Made by a program: the position numbers and the translations under genes. A stretch of DNA of 64,000 nt, from contig CAVWPT010000004.1 in NCBI GenBank assembly GCA_963756965.1, positions 55,114 through 119,113 of the forward strand. The letters are read 5' to 3'. The notes under the pieces were generated by a model. It worked only from the letters and a program-made list of their open reading frames with translations. It was not told the DNA's origin and ran no database searches. Source of the DNA: an uncultured Solirubrobacterales bacterium. GTDB lineage: Bacteria > Actinomycetota > Thermoleophilia > Solirubrobacterales > Solirubrobacteraceae. Shown here piece by piece: positions 29,685 through 40,678 of the stretch (the stretch's first letter is position 1; each line of letters begins with the position of its first letter).

Positions 29685-30407
29685 ATGCCCGACCGTGCTG
29701 CAATCGTCACTGGAGGCTCACGAGGCATCGGCTTTACGCTGGCCGAGACCCTGGGTGAACTGGGATACGGGTTGACGCTTACCTCGCGCAAGCCCGAGGG
29801 GCTAGAGCAGGCCGCGGTTCGGCTGCGCGACCGGGGCTTTGACGTGGAGCACGAAGCCGGGAACATGGCCGACGGGGAAGCGATCCGGGCGGTCGTCGCA
29901 CGCCATCGTGACCGGTACGGCCGGCTTGACGTCCTGGTCAACAACGCGGGCTTGGGAATCGGCGCAAACGCCGCCGAGCAGCAGACCAAGCACATCAACC
30001 TGCAGATCGACGTCAACCTGCGGGCGATCATTCTGTTTTACGAGGAGTGCATCGAGATGCTGAAAGCCGCCGCGGCCGAGCACGGTCAGTCGCTGGTGGT
30101 CAACCTGGCGTCGATCGCCGGTAAATCTCCGTCGCCCTGGCTGTCGGTCTACTCGGCGACGAAAGCCGCGGTGCTCGCCTATACCCAGGCGATGAACAAA
30201 GCGCTGAACGGTGAAGGGGTGAAGTCCGTCGCCTTCTGCCCGGCGCTAGTGGACACCGACATGACTGACTTCGCGAAGGGGAGCGTGCCGCCCGAGGAGA
30301 TGCTCAAGACGAGCGACATGGCCCAGGCGCTGCGCTTCCTGCTGAACGTTTCGCGCGCGTGCGTGGTGCCGGAGATCGTGTTCCAGCGCCCGGGGGAAAC
30401 GACGTAG
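29685..30407 (+). CDS. SDR family oxidoreductase
   Basis: TGGSRGIG, NNAG, YSATK. Confidence 0.93.
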   Translation: MPDRAAIVTGGSRGIGFTLAETLGELGYGLTLTSRKPEGLEQAAVRLRDRGFDVEHEAGNMADGEAIRAVVARHRDRYGRLDVLVNNAGLGIGANAAEQQTKHINLQIDVNLRAIILFYEECIEMLKAAAAEHGQSLVVNLASIAGKSPSPWLSVYSATKAAVLAYTQAMNKALNGEGVKSVAFCPALVDTDMTDFAKGSVPPEEMLKTSDMAQALRFLLNVSRACVVPEIVFQRPGETT

Positions 30408-30928
30408 GGGACCTCTACACCGTCGGACACTCCACGCGGTCGCTCCAGGAGCTCATCGCAGTCCTCGAAGCTCCGGGGGTCCGGCGGTTGGTCGATGTTC
30501 GGGCAATCCCCCGTTCGCGGCGCCACCCGCATTTCGCCTCAGACGCGCTCGCGCTATCCCTCTCCGAGCACGGGATCGACTACCGCCACGAGCCGGGGCT
30601 TGGTGGGTTTCGGCGGCCCCAAGGTGACTCCCGCAACGCGGGGTGGAGGGAATCGGCTTTTCGCGGGTTCGCCGACTACATGGCCACGCCAGAATTCTCC
30701 GCCGCCCTCGATTGTCTCGAAGGATGGGCGAGGGAGCTTCCAAGCTGCATCATGTGTGCGGAGGCGCAGTGGTGGCGCTGCCACCGCCGCCTCGTGGCCG
30801 ACGCCCTCCTCATCAGGGGCTGGCGCGTGCTGCACGTCGGACTGGGGCCCGATCCGGTCGAGCACGCGCTGACCCAGTTTGCCGCGCTTGACCTGGAAGG
30901 TGCGCTCACCTACCCCGCGAACAGTTAG
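30359..30928 (+). CDS. DUF488 family protein (start uncertain, probably ~30404)
   Basis: YTVGHSTR, LVDVRAIPRSRR, LGGFR, MCAEAQWWRCHRRLVAD. Confidence 0.9.
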   Translation: MRGAGDRVPAPGGNDVGDLYTVGHSTRSLQELIAVLEAPGVRRLVDVRAIPRSRRHPHFASDALALSLSEHGIDYRHEPGLGGFRRPQGDSRNAGWRESAFRGFADYMATPEFSAALDCLEGWARELPSCIMCAEAQWWRCHRRLVADALLIRGWRVLHVGLGPDPVEHALTQFAALDLEGALTYPANS

Positions 30929-30945
30929 GATCCGCGCCGATCGGG

Positions 30946-31480
30946 ATGAGCAGCGAGCCTCGCATCGCTCCAGGCAGTCGCCGGCAGGTGGGTCTGATCA
31001 ATGCGCTGATCCTCGCCGTGGCCGCCAGAGCCACACGGTCCGGCCGGCCGCCGAACGTGTTCGCAACGCTGGCGCGCCACCGCCGCTTGTTCCGCGGATG
31101 GCTGCGCTTCGCCGCCACGCTGATGCCTCGCGGGACGCTGCCTCGGGTCGACACCGAGCTCGTGATTCTGCGGGTGGCGCACAACTGCCGTTCCGACTAC
31201 GAGTGGCGCCATCACGCCCAGATCGGCCGTCAGGCCGGGCTCACCGAAGAGGAGATCACTCGCGTCTGCGACGGTCCGGAGGCAAAGGGATGGTCGCCGC
31301 GGCAGGGGCTCCTGCTTGAGGCCGCAGACGAGCTGCACCATCTCCGGGTGATCACAGACGGTCTCTGGGACAGGCTCAAAGCCGAGTTTGAGAGGTGCAG
31401 CTGATCGAGCTGGTGATGCTGATCGGCCACTACGAGATGCTTTCGATGGCCCTGGCCAGCTTTCGGCGTACAACGACGAT
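30946..31480 (+). CDS. Carboxymuconolactone decarboxylase/AhpD family protein (frameshift ~31390)
   Basis: PPNVFATLARH, ELVILRVAHNCRSDYEWRHH; continues LIELVMLIGHYEMLSM in a shifted frame. Confidence 0.85.
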
Positions 31481-31500
31481 CCAAGCCCGGGGGGGGCCGC

Positions 31501-32451
31501 GCGAGCCTCAGCGCGCTCCGGGCGGCGCGTGCTGATCACCGGGGCGGCCCGCGGGAATCGGGGCCGCCACCGCCAAGCGGCTCCACGCCCGCGGGGCGCG
31601 GCTTGTGCTCGCCGGGATCGAGCCCGACGAGCTCGCCGAGACGGCGGCGGCCTGCGGGCAGGCCATGGCCGTTGTCTGCGATGTTCGCGAGCGCGCCCAG
31701 GTCGACGCCGCCGTGGAGGCCGCGGTGCACGAGCTCGGCGGACTGGACGTCGTAATCGCAAACGCCGGCGTCGCCGCGCAGCTCCCTGTGCTCGGCGGTG
31801 ACGTGGAGGTGTTTGACAGGACCCTGGACGTGAACCTGCGCGGCGCGTACTACACGCTGCGCGCCGCAGCGCCCCACATATCGCACATCCGAGCGGCTAC
31901 GCCCTCGCGATCTCGTCGCTCGCAGCGGCCGTACATCCTCCGCTGCTCGCGGCGTACAGCGCATCAAAGGCCGGAGTGGAGGCGCTCGCGAATGCGCTGC
32001 GTGCCGAGCTGGCCCGAGCGGGGCTCGGGTGGGCGTGGCCTACTTCGCCGAGCTGGACACCGACATGACCCGGCGCGGGTTCGGCACAGAGGCTGCGGCG
32101 CGCTGAACAGGGCCCGGGGCCAGAGTGTGGCTCCGCTGGAGGTGGGCGATGGACGCGATCGAGCGTGGGATCGCCCGCCGCTCGCGCCGGGTGGTGGCCC
32201 CCGGGCTGGGTAGCCCGATGCTCCCGATCCGCATGATCGCCCAGCGCGTGGTTGAGGCGGCCACCGGCGCGGGCTTGGCCGGGCGCATGGAGATCGCGCG
32301 CCGGGAAGCGCGCGCCGCTCACGACCGAGCTACCGAACCGCCGAGTCGTGCACGTCGGCAGGCGGCGGCCAGCGCCGGGCGCGCGAGCCGGTCGCTGCGA
32401 GACGGCGACCCGGCTAGCAGGAGTGCCGCACCGGCGGGCTGGTTCCAGTGA
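31501..32451 (+). CDS. SDR family oxidoreductase (multiple frameshifts; possibly fused to upstream AhpD domain)
   Basis: VLITGAARG, LDVVIANAGV, YSASKAGVEA, YFAELDTDM across frames. Confidence 0.8.
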
Positions 32452-33266
32452 AGCGTGCTCGCCCAGGACGATCACGCCCAAGATCGTCGCGAACACGGGG
32501 ATCAGGTAGGTCACGGTTGAGGCGCAGGTGGCGTCCACGGGCCCGCACGATGGCGTAGTTGAGCGCGAAGGCGACACCGCTACCCAACACGCCCAACCCC
32601 AGCAGGCTGCCGACGCCCTGCCAGCCCAGAAGCGCGCTGGGTCCGCGGCTCAGCGGAATGACCAGCGCCAGCATCACGTGGCGCAGATCAGCTGGACAGC
32701 GGCAAGCGAGGGCCCGGTTTCGGGTCGCGAGGCCAGATAGCGACGGGTGTATAGGAAGGCCAAGCCGTAGCAAGCGGCCGCGGCGGCGCAGGCCAGCTGG
32801 CCGTGAGCGCCCCCCCGCCAGCCCACGCCACGGGCCGAGCAGGAGCGCGACCCCAGCGAAGCCGACCATCAGGCCCCCGACTCGAGACCGGGTAGGCCGC
32901 TCCTCGCGAAACGCAGCCAGCGCCAGGACCAGTACCCAGAGCGGGGTGGTTGCGTTCCAAAGTCCGGCCACGATCGAGGAGGTGTGCTGCTCGCCGTAGG
33001 CGAACAGCGTGAACGGCACCGCGTTTGAGAAAACGGCCACCAGCGCGCAGTGCCCCCACAGCCGCGGGTCGAACGAGGCAGCCGCTCGCGGGTGAGCCGG
33101 ACGATCACGACCAGCGTCATGGCCCCAAGCGCAACGCGCCCGAGGGCCACCCACATGGGCGGCCAGTGCCTGTCCAGCACCTTGATGAAGAGGAAGCTCG
33201 ATCCCCAGATCGCCGCCAGCAGCAGGAACTGAAGGCGCCAGCTGACCGCTCGGTGATCACCCTCAT
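32330..33266 (-). CDS. DMT/EamA family transporter (frameshifted; 3' end approximate)
   Basis: AAIWGSSFLFIK, NAVPFTLFAYGE, NATTPLW, VTYLIPVFATILGVIVLGE. Confidence 0.85.
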
Positions 33267-33384
33267 ACCTAGACAACGGTGGCATACCGAGATGTGTGAC
33301 TCGTCTTTCAATTTGGCCAGCCAGCCAGTAGCATGGGCGGGCTGGCTCGCGACCCACGGCCCGGTAGGAAAGGGGAAGGGCGGA

Positions 33385-34724
33385 GTGACTTCGACCCGCA
33401 GCGACCTGGACCAGGTGGACGTAAACGAAATCCTGGTCACCGAGCGTGAGGTGTGGCAGGAAGGGCCGCCGCACAAGGTGTTCAAGCGGCTGCGGCAAGG
33501 AGTGCCCGATCCACTGGACCTCGAAGCCTGACCGAGTTCCCCGCCGAGAAGGGCTTCTGGTCGGTCACGCGGGCTGAGGACATCCACACGGTCAGCCGTG
33601 ACTGGCAGACCTACTCCTCGGAGCTGGGTGGCGTCACCGCGGCCACGGAAGGATTCCCGATCGAGCTCTCGCGGGCGATGTTCATCGGCATGGATCCGCC
33701 CAAGCACGACCGGCTGAAGATGCTCTTCCAGGCCGGGTTCACGCCCAAGCGCATCGCCCAGCACGAGCCGCGCGATCCGGGAGATCACGACTGCGCGTGC
33801 TCGACCGCCTGGACGGTCGGAGGACGTGTGAGCTGGTCAGCGAGGTGGCGCAGCCGGTGGTGTCACGAGTGATCGGCAGCTTCATGGGGATCCCGCCCGA
33901 GGATGAGCCGATGTGGGCCGAGCTGATGAACGCCACGCTTGGGGCCGGGGACTATGATCTCAACCCCGAGGGGCCGGAGGCGATCCAGGAGAAGTACATC
34001 CCACAGATCTTCGAGCGCTGCCGCAAGATGATCGCGGAGCGGCGCGAGAACCCGACCGACGATCTCACCTCCGTTCTCGTGCAACGCCGAGATCGAGGGC
34101 CAGAAGCTCGAAGAGCACGAGATCGTGATGGGGTTCTTCCTGCTCGTGGCGGCGGGCAACGACTCGACCAAGGCGACCTACTGCAGCGGCATGCGCGCGC
34201 TCATGGAGCATCCGGAGCAGAAGCAGCTCGTGGTGGACGATCCGTCACTGGTCCCGAGCCTGGTGGAGGAGTCGCTGCGCATGTACCCGGCGTTCGCCCA
34301 CTTCCGGCGCACGGCCACCGAGGACACCGAGCTCGCCGGCCAGAAGATCAAGCAGGGCGAGAAGGTCGTGATGTGGTACGTCTCCTCCAACCGGGATGAG
34401 TCCTGCTATGAGGATCCAGACCGATTCGACGTGACGCGCAATCCCGAGCACCAGGCGTTCGGCGCCGGCGGCCGCCATTTCTGCCTGGGTACGGCGCTGG
34501 CGCGGCTGGAGCTGCGGATCCTGTTCGAGGAGACGCTGAAGCGCTACCCGAACATCGAGCTGGCCGGCGAGCCGACGATCGCCGAGTCCGCCTTCATCAA
34601 CCAGCTCAAGACCCTCCCTGTGCGACTGGGCCCGCGCGCGGCTGAGCTAGCGCGCCCGCGGCCCGCGCGCGGCCTGAGCCGCGCCCGCAGGCGCGCGCCA
34701 TCGCGCCACTGCGGCCTGAGCTAG
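33385..34724 (+). CDS. Cytochrome P450 (CYP124/125/142-like; frameshifted)
   Basis: FWSVTR, MDPPKHDRL, LVAAGNDST, EESLR, FGAGGRHFCLG; true stop probably ~34645. Confidence 0.9.
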
Positions 34725-34727
34725 CGC
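34629..34727. repeat. Degenerate triplication of the convergent stop-codon junction
   Basis: gcggc(c)tgagc(tagcgc) ending near 34653, 34679 and 34727. Confidence 0.7.
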
Positions 34728-36751
34728 CAATCAGCCCACGGCGATAGTTCCGCGGTCTCCTCCGCGTCCGCCTCAATCACGTGCATCACCGCGTTGATCA
34801 ACGCCAGGTGGGTGAACGCCTGCGGGAAGTTCCCCAGCTGCCGGCCGGTGCGGGGATCGACCTCCTCGGCGTACAGCCCCAGCGGGCTGGCGTAGCCGAG
34901 CGCACGCTCGCACAGGTCGCGAGCGCGCTCGTGCTCGCCGATCTCGCTCAGCGCTGCGACCAGCCAGAACGTGCAGATGAGGAAGCTGCCTTCGCGTCCG
35001 GCGAGTCCGTCGTCGGTCTCCTCGGTGCGATATCGGAGGACGAGCCCGCTCTCGGTCAGCTCCTCGCCGACCGCCAGCACGGTGTTACGGATCCGCTCGT
35101 CGTCGGGCGGAAGGAATCGGACGAGTGGCATCAGCAACAAGGACGCGTCCAGCGCGGTGGTCTCGTAGTGCTGCACGAACACGCCTCGGTCATCGACGCC
35201 GTTCTCGCAGACGTCGGCATGGATTTCGTCGGCCACCCGCCGCCACTTCTCGGCGTGCTCGTCGTCCTCGCGCAGCAGCGCAAGCCTGGCCCCGCGGTCG
35301 CAGGCCACCCAGCAGAACATCTTGGACGAGGTGAAGTGCTTTGGCTCGCCGCGTACCTCCCAGATCCCTCGGTCCGGCTCGCGCCAGTGGGAGATGGCGT
35401 TCTCGACCTGGCGCGCCAGCAGCGGCCAGACCCGCTCGTCGAGCGAGTCGCGCGAGCGGGTATGCAGGTAAACGGAGTCAAGCAGCGCTCCCCAAACGTC
35501 GTGCTGGCGCTGCTTGTAGGCGGCGTTCCCAACTCGGACCGGCTGGGCGCCCTCGTAGCCGCTCAGGTGGTCCAGCGTGTGCTCGTCCAGCACGCGCTCG
35601 CCGTCGACCCCGTACATCACCTGGAGGTCCGCCTCCCCGTCGGCCACGTCGGCGATGAAGTAGAAGAAGTCGTTGGCCTCCCAATCGAAGCCCAGGGTGT
35701 AAAGGCCCCACAGCATGAACGTGGAGTCCCGGATCCAGCTGTAGCGGTAGTCCCAGTTGCGCTCGCCGCCCGGCGCCTCCGGCAGGGAGGTAGTGGCCGC
35801 GGCGACCAGCGCACCGGTGGGGGCGTAGGTCAAGCCCTTGAGCGTCAAGCGCGCTGCGCTGGAGGAAGTGACCGCCACGGATGGTCGGGGAAATCGCCGC
35901 CATCGAGCCAGTGCTGCCAGTGATGGGCGGTCCATACCAGGCGGTTGTAGGCCTCATCGAAGTCCTTGGGCGCGGGGTGCTCGCTCCAGGACAAGCGCGC
36001 AGTAGCAGCTGCTCGCCCTCCTTCATGCGGTGGCGCGCGGTGGCCCGCGGACCCTCGAATCCCAGGTTCAGGTCGGTGGTGATCCGCAGCTCGAGGCCTG
36101 AATCGGGGCACCGCACGACGCCCTCGTGGTACGTCGTTGCCGGTGTACTCCCAGTCCACCCGGGAGCGGCCGTAGTCGAACGCCGGGTCGCACTCGAGCA
36201 GGATCTCCACCTCGCCGTTGACGCAGCGAACCGTTCGGAGCAGGACGTGGTCCGCGTCGTAATCGGTGGGGGCGCGGCGGTGGGTGTGCGAGCGCTCGTC
36301 CTCGTGGATGCCAGGGCCCGATCAGCAGCAGGTCACGGACGATGATCCAGCCCGCGCCTGTGGCCCAGCTGGTCTCCAGCACCATCGTGCCCGGTAGGTA
36401 TCGCCGGGATGCCGGAACGTTGATGCCCGCCGGCCCGATCCGGAAGTGTCCCGCGCTGCGGTCGAGCATGGCGCCGAACACGCTGGGCGAATCGACGCGG
36501 GGAAGGCACAGCCACTCGACGTTGCCCGAAGGTGCCACCAGGGCCACGGTCTCGCAGTCCGAGAGGAACCCGTAGTCGGCGATCGGCGGAAACGGGCTGC
36601 CGCCAAGCGTGGCGTCGGGGGCGAGCTGTCGGAGCGCGGCGGTTGGCTGGGCGCGGGGCACCAGGGGCGTCTTGGCCGCCGGCTGCTCGGTCTGGACGGC
36701 CTCGCCAGCGCCGTTCGGTTCGCTCCGCGAGTGTCCATCCGGACCTGGCAT
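34721..36751 (-). CDS. Glycoside hydrolase family 15 (trehalase/glucoamylase-like; frameshifted)
   Basis: PPIADYGFLSDC, GERNWDYRYSWIRD, GIWEVRG, LYAEE, GNFPQAFTHLALINA. Confidence 0.92.
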
Positions 36752-36915
36752 CTCGGGCAGTATTCCGCTTCCGCGGCGCGTCTGGCGCGATGACAGTGGG
36801 ATTGCGCGTAGCCCGGCGCCCTAGGATCAACGCGTGAGCATCGGCGACGGACATCCGCCTCCCGGGTCCCGCCGCGCGTTCGGGCGCGGGCAGCGACAAG
36901 TCGCCTCCGCCGCTG

Positions 36916-38679
36916 ATGGATCCCACCCGCCGGCGTGACGGCAGGCGGATCCTTGCCCTGTTCGTGCCCTACCGCGTGCGGCTGGCGTCGGTGCTGGGAC
37001 TGATCGTGGTCTCCTCGATGCTTAGCTTGGTCAACCCGTTCCTGGTCCGCGCGGCACTTGACCGCGGGATCTTCAAGCACCAGACGACGCTGCTGACCGA
37101 GGTGGTCCTGGGGATGATCGGGATCGCGATCGCCACCGGCGCGTTCAGCGTCTGGCAGACGTACATGTCGAACTCGATCGGCCAGAGGGTGATGCACGAC
37201 CTGCGCGCTGCCGTGTACCGGCACCTTCAGCGGATGTCGCTGGCGTTTTTCACCCGCACGCGGACCGGCGAAGTCCAATCCCGGATCGCAAACGACATCG
37301 GCGGGCTTGACAACGTGGTCACAACCACAGCCACGAGCATCGCCCAGAACGCCACCACCGTGATCGCGACCATCGTCGCGATGGCGCTGCTGGACTGGCG
37401 GCTGGCTGTGATCTCGCTTGGGTTCGTGCCGCTGTTCGTCTGGCTGACCCGCCGCGTGGGCAGGGTGCGGCGCAAGATCACCTCCGAGCAGCAGAGCCGT
37501 CTCGCCGATCTGAGCGCGCTCGTTGCCGAGTCCCTGTCGGTCTCCGGGATCATGCTCGGTAAGACGATGGGCCGCGGGCGGGATCTGGCCAACCGGTTCA
37601 CCACGGATTCACGCGGTATCGCCGACCTCGAGGTGAAGTCCCGGATGGCCGGGCGATGGGTCATGTCGACGATCCAGATGACGTTCGCCGTGCAGCCCGC
37701 GATCGTCTACTGGCTGGCAGGGCAGAGCTTCATCGGCCACTCGATCTCGATCGGCACCGTTGTGGCCTTCACCACGCTTCAGACCCGCCTCCTGTTTCCG
37801 ATCCAGAACCTGCTCGGCGTGGGCGCCGACGTCGAAGCGTCGCTGGCGCTGTTCGACCGCATCTTCGAGTACCTGGATCTGCCGGTGGACATCGTGGAGG
37901 CGGCCAATCCGGTTCGCTTGCGGACCGACGAGCTGCTCGGCGAGGTGGTCTTCGAGCGCGTCTCGTTCCGGTACACCGGCGACGGCCCGTGGACGCTGCG
38001 GGACATCGAGCTGGCGGTGCCCGCTGGCACGAGGACCGCCGTCGTGGGGGAGACGGGGGCCGGGAAGACGACGCTGGGTTATCTGGTGGCGCGGCTGTAT
38101 GAGCCCCAGGAGGGCCGGGTCACAATCGACGGCGTCGACGTGCGCGAAGCCTCGCTGGAGTCACTCGCCGCCACGGTCGGCGTCGTCTCCCAGGAGACCT
38201 ACCTGTTCCACGCCAGCGTGCGAGAAAACCTGCGGTTTGCCAAGCCCGAGGCCTCGGACGACGAGATTGAGGCGGCCGCTCGTACGGCGCGCATCCACGA
38301 CCTGATCTCCTCACTGCCCGACGGGTACGACACGGTCGTGGGCGAACGGGGTTACCGCTTCTCAGGTGGGGAGAAGCAGCGCATGGCGATCGCGCGGACG
38401 ATCCTGCGTAACCCGCCGGTGCTCGTGCTCGACGAGGCCACGAGCTCTCTCGACACTCAGACCGAGGCGGCGATCCAGGCCGAGCTCGAGCGACTCTCCG
38501 AAGGGCGCACGACGATCACGATCGCGCACCGCCTCTCCACCGTCCGGGACGCGGACCAGATCGTGGTGCTGGACGGAGGCCGGATCGCTGAGCGCGGTAC
38601 TCACGACGAATTGATGGCGCTGGGCGGCCTATACGCAGTCCTTGTGGCCCGGGATGTGGCAGAGGAGCCAGTCGGGTAG
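36916..38679 (+). CDS. ABC transporter, fused permease/ATP-binding (exporter)
   Basis: TM domain; GETGAGKT, FSGGEKQR, LDEATS, IAHRLST. Confidence 0.95.
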   Translation: MDPTRRRDGRRILALFVPYRVRLASVLGLIVVSSMLSLVNPFLVRAALDRGIFKHQTTLLTEVVLGMIGIAIATGAFSVWQTYMSNSIGQRVMHDLRAAVYRHLQRMSLAFFTRTRTGEVQSRIANDIGGLDNVVTTTATSIAQNATTVIATIVAMALLDWRLAVISLGFVPLFVWLTRRVGRVRRKITSEQQSRLADLSALVAESLSVSGIMLGKTMGRGRDLANRFTTDSRGIADLEVKSRMAGRWVMSTIQMTFAVQPAIVYWLAGQSFIGHSISIGTVVAFTTLQTRLLFPIQNLLGVGADVEASLALFDRIFEYLDLPVDIVEAANPVRLRTDELLGEVVFERVSFRYTGDGPWTLRDIELAVPAGTRTAVVGETGAGKTTLGYLVARLYEPQEGRVTIDGVDVREASLESLAATVGVVSQETYLFHASVRENLRFAKPEASDDEIEAAARTARIHDLISSLPDGYDTVVGERGYRFSGGEKQRMAIARTILRNPPVLVLDEATSSLDTQTEAAIQAELERLSEGRTTITIAHRLSTVRDADQIVVLDGGRIAERGTHDELMALGGLYAVLVARDVAEEPVG

Positions 38680-38689
38680 CACTAACGCG

Positions 38690-39562
38690 GTGCGGATCGC
38701 AACCTGGAACGTCAACTCGGTCAAGCAGCGTCTGCCGCGCCTACTGCCGTGGCTCGACGAGCGTAGTCCTGATGTGGTCTGCCTGCAGGAGACCAAGTGC
38801 GAGGACAGTTCGTTCGTTGACCTGCTGGGCGACGAGCTTGCCGACCGTGACTACGAGCTGGCGCTCCACGGCGAGGCTACGTGGAACGGAGTCGCCATCC
38901 TCTCGCGCGTCGGACTCGAGGACATCGTCACGGGCGTGCCGGGGGCGCCGGGTTTCCCGCATCCCGAGGCGCGCGCGGTGTCGGCCACCTGCGCCGGGAT
39001 CCGTGTGGTGTCGGTTTACGTACCCAACGGCCGCGTGCCGGACTCCGAGCACTACCGCTATAAGCTGGCGTGGCTGGCGTCGCTGCGCGAGATGCTCGCC
39101 GAGGACACAGGGGACCTGGTGCTGTGCGGAGACATGAACATCGCGCCGACCGACCAGGACGTGTTCAACCCCGACGCCTACGTCGGTCACACGCACGTGA
39201 CCGAACCCGAGCGCGCCGCGCTCGCGGAGCTCCAGGCGCTCGGCCTACACGACGTGGTCCGCGAGCGCTGGCCGCACGACCGCGTGTTCAGCTACTGGGA
39301 TTACCGCGCGGGGATGTTCCATCAGGACCTGGGAATGCGGATCGATTTGATCCTGGCGAGCGCTCCCCTGACTGACAGGGTCAGGGCTGCCTGGGTCGAC
39401 CGGCACGCGCGCAAGGGCTCAGGCCCCAGCGATCACGCTCCCGTGATCATCGACCTCGACGAGGCGCCCGACGGGGACATCGGCCCGGTGGTGCCTCCGC
39501 CATCGCGGCCGGCGCCCCGCAATGCTCGGGCAAAGATCCCGCAGTCCGAGCTGACTCCATGA
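38690..39562 (+). CDS. xth: Exodeoxyribonuclease III
   Basis: RIATWNVNS, LQETK, VYVPNG, GDMNIAP, SYWDYR, RIDLIL, SDHAPV. Confidence 0.93.
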   Translation: MRIATWNVNSVKQRLPRLLPWLDERSPDVVCLQETKCEDSSFVDLLGDELADRDYELALHGEATWNGVAILSRVGLEDIVTGVPGAPGFPHPEARAVSATCAGIRVVSVYVPNGRVPDSEHYRYKLAWLASLREMLAEDTGDLVLCGDMNIAPTDQDVFNPDAYVGHTHVTEPERAALAELQALGLHDVVRERWPHDRVFSYWDYRAGMFHQDLGMRIDLILASAPLTDRVRAAWVDRHARKGSGPSDHAPVIIDLDEAPDGDIGPVVPPPSRPAPRNARAKIPQSELTP

Positions 39563-40627
39563 TCAGCGTTTGCGGTCGCGATCGCGCGAGGGCTGAACCC
39601 GCTTTGGCTCGCCCGGCATCTTCGGATAGTCAGGCGGATAGGGCATGTCACCCTCACCTTCAGTTTCGTCACGCTCGTACATCTCCAGCAGCGGCTGAAG
39701 TGAGTGCGCCTTCTCGTCGATCTTGGCGTGCCGGTCGCCCACCTCGGCGAAACGCGCGGGCATCGTCGCGACGGTGAAGTCCTCGGGCGCCACCTCGGCG
39801 ACCTCGTCCCACGTGAGCGGTGCTGAGACCGGGGCCCCCGGCTTTGGCCGGACGCTGTACGCCGAGGCGATCGTGCGATCGCGAGCGTTCTGGTTGTAGT
39901 CGACGAAGATCCGCTCGCCGCGCTCCTCTTTCCACCACTTGGTGGTCACGCGGCCAGGCAGTCGCCTTTCCAGCTCCCGGCCGAACGCGATCGCCGCGTG
40001 GCGGACGTCGGTGAACGTCCAGCGGGGCTCGATGCGGACGTAGATGTGGATGCCTCGCCCGCCCGAGGTCTTCGGAAAACCGATGTAGCCCAGCTCGTCG
40101 AGCAGCGTGCGTGCCTCCGCAGCCACCGCCACGGCATCGTCGAAGTCGGTTCCGGGCTGTGGGTCCAGGTCAAGCCGCAGCTCGTCGGGATGGTCGACGT
40201 CCTTGCTGCGGACGGGCCACGGATGAAACGTGATCGTTCCCATCTGGGCCGCCCATGCCACGACGGCGACCTCGTTGGGGCAGATCTCATCCGCGTGGCG
40301 CCCTGAGGGGAACGTGATCCGGGCAGTCTCGACGAAGTCCGGAGCCCCCTGCGGGATGCGCTTCTGGAAGAAGGCATCGCCGCCTCCGCGCTCCCGCGTC
40401 GAGATGCGGATCCCAGGGTGGACGCCCTTCGGCCAGCGCTCGAGCGTGGTCGGTCGCCGGCACAGCGCCCGCATGATCCCGTCGCCGACCGCAAGGTAGT
40501 AGCTGACGATGTCGAGCTTGGTGACCGGCGCCGTGCTCTCGGTCGGCGGGAAGATCACACGGTCGGGGTTCGACACGCGCACCTCGCGCCCGCTGGCGTC
40601 AACGGTCGTAGCCTCGGTTGCGGGCAT
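39563..40627 (-). CDS. Stand-alone LigD polymerase-domain / Prim-PolC-like primase-polymerase
   Basis: VSNPDRVIFP, FFQKR, ELRLDLDP, KTSGGRGIH, VDYNQN, SAYSVR; C-terminal YPKMPGEPKRVQPS. Confidence 0.9.
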   Translation of the reverse strand: MPATEATTVDASGREVRVSNPDRVIFPPTESTAPVTKLDIVSYYLAVGDGIMRALCRRPTTLERWPKGVHPGIRISTRERGGGDAFFQKRIPQGAPDFVETARITFPSGRHADEICPNEVAVVAWAAQMGTITFHPWPVRSKDVDHPDELRLDLDPQPGTDFDDAVAVAAEARTLLDELGYIGFPKTSGGRGIHIYVRIEPRWTFTDVRHAAIAFGRELERRLPGRVTTKWWKEERGERIFVDYNQNARDRTIASAYSVRPKPGAPVSAPLTWDEVAEVAPEDFTVATMPARFAEVGDRHAKIDEKAHSLQPLLEMYERDETEGEGDMPYPPDYPKMPGEPKRVQPSRDRDRKR

Positions 40628-40678
40628 GCCTGGGATTTCTACGGCAACCGGATGAGGCCTGCCGCAGGTGCGTCTGGG

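Noticed and set aside
31380-36400. Cluster of pseudogenes or programmed frameshifts
   Set aside because: Scattered single-base indels in unrelated genes with intact catalytic motifs and no slippery-site pattern; best explained as long-read errors
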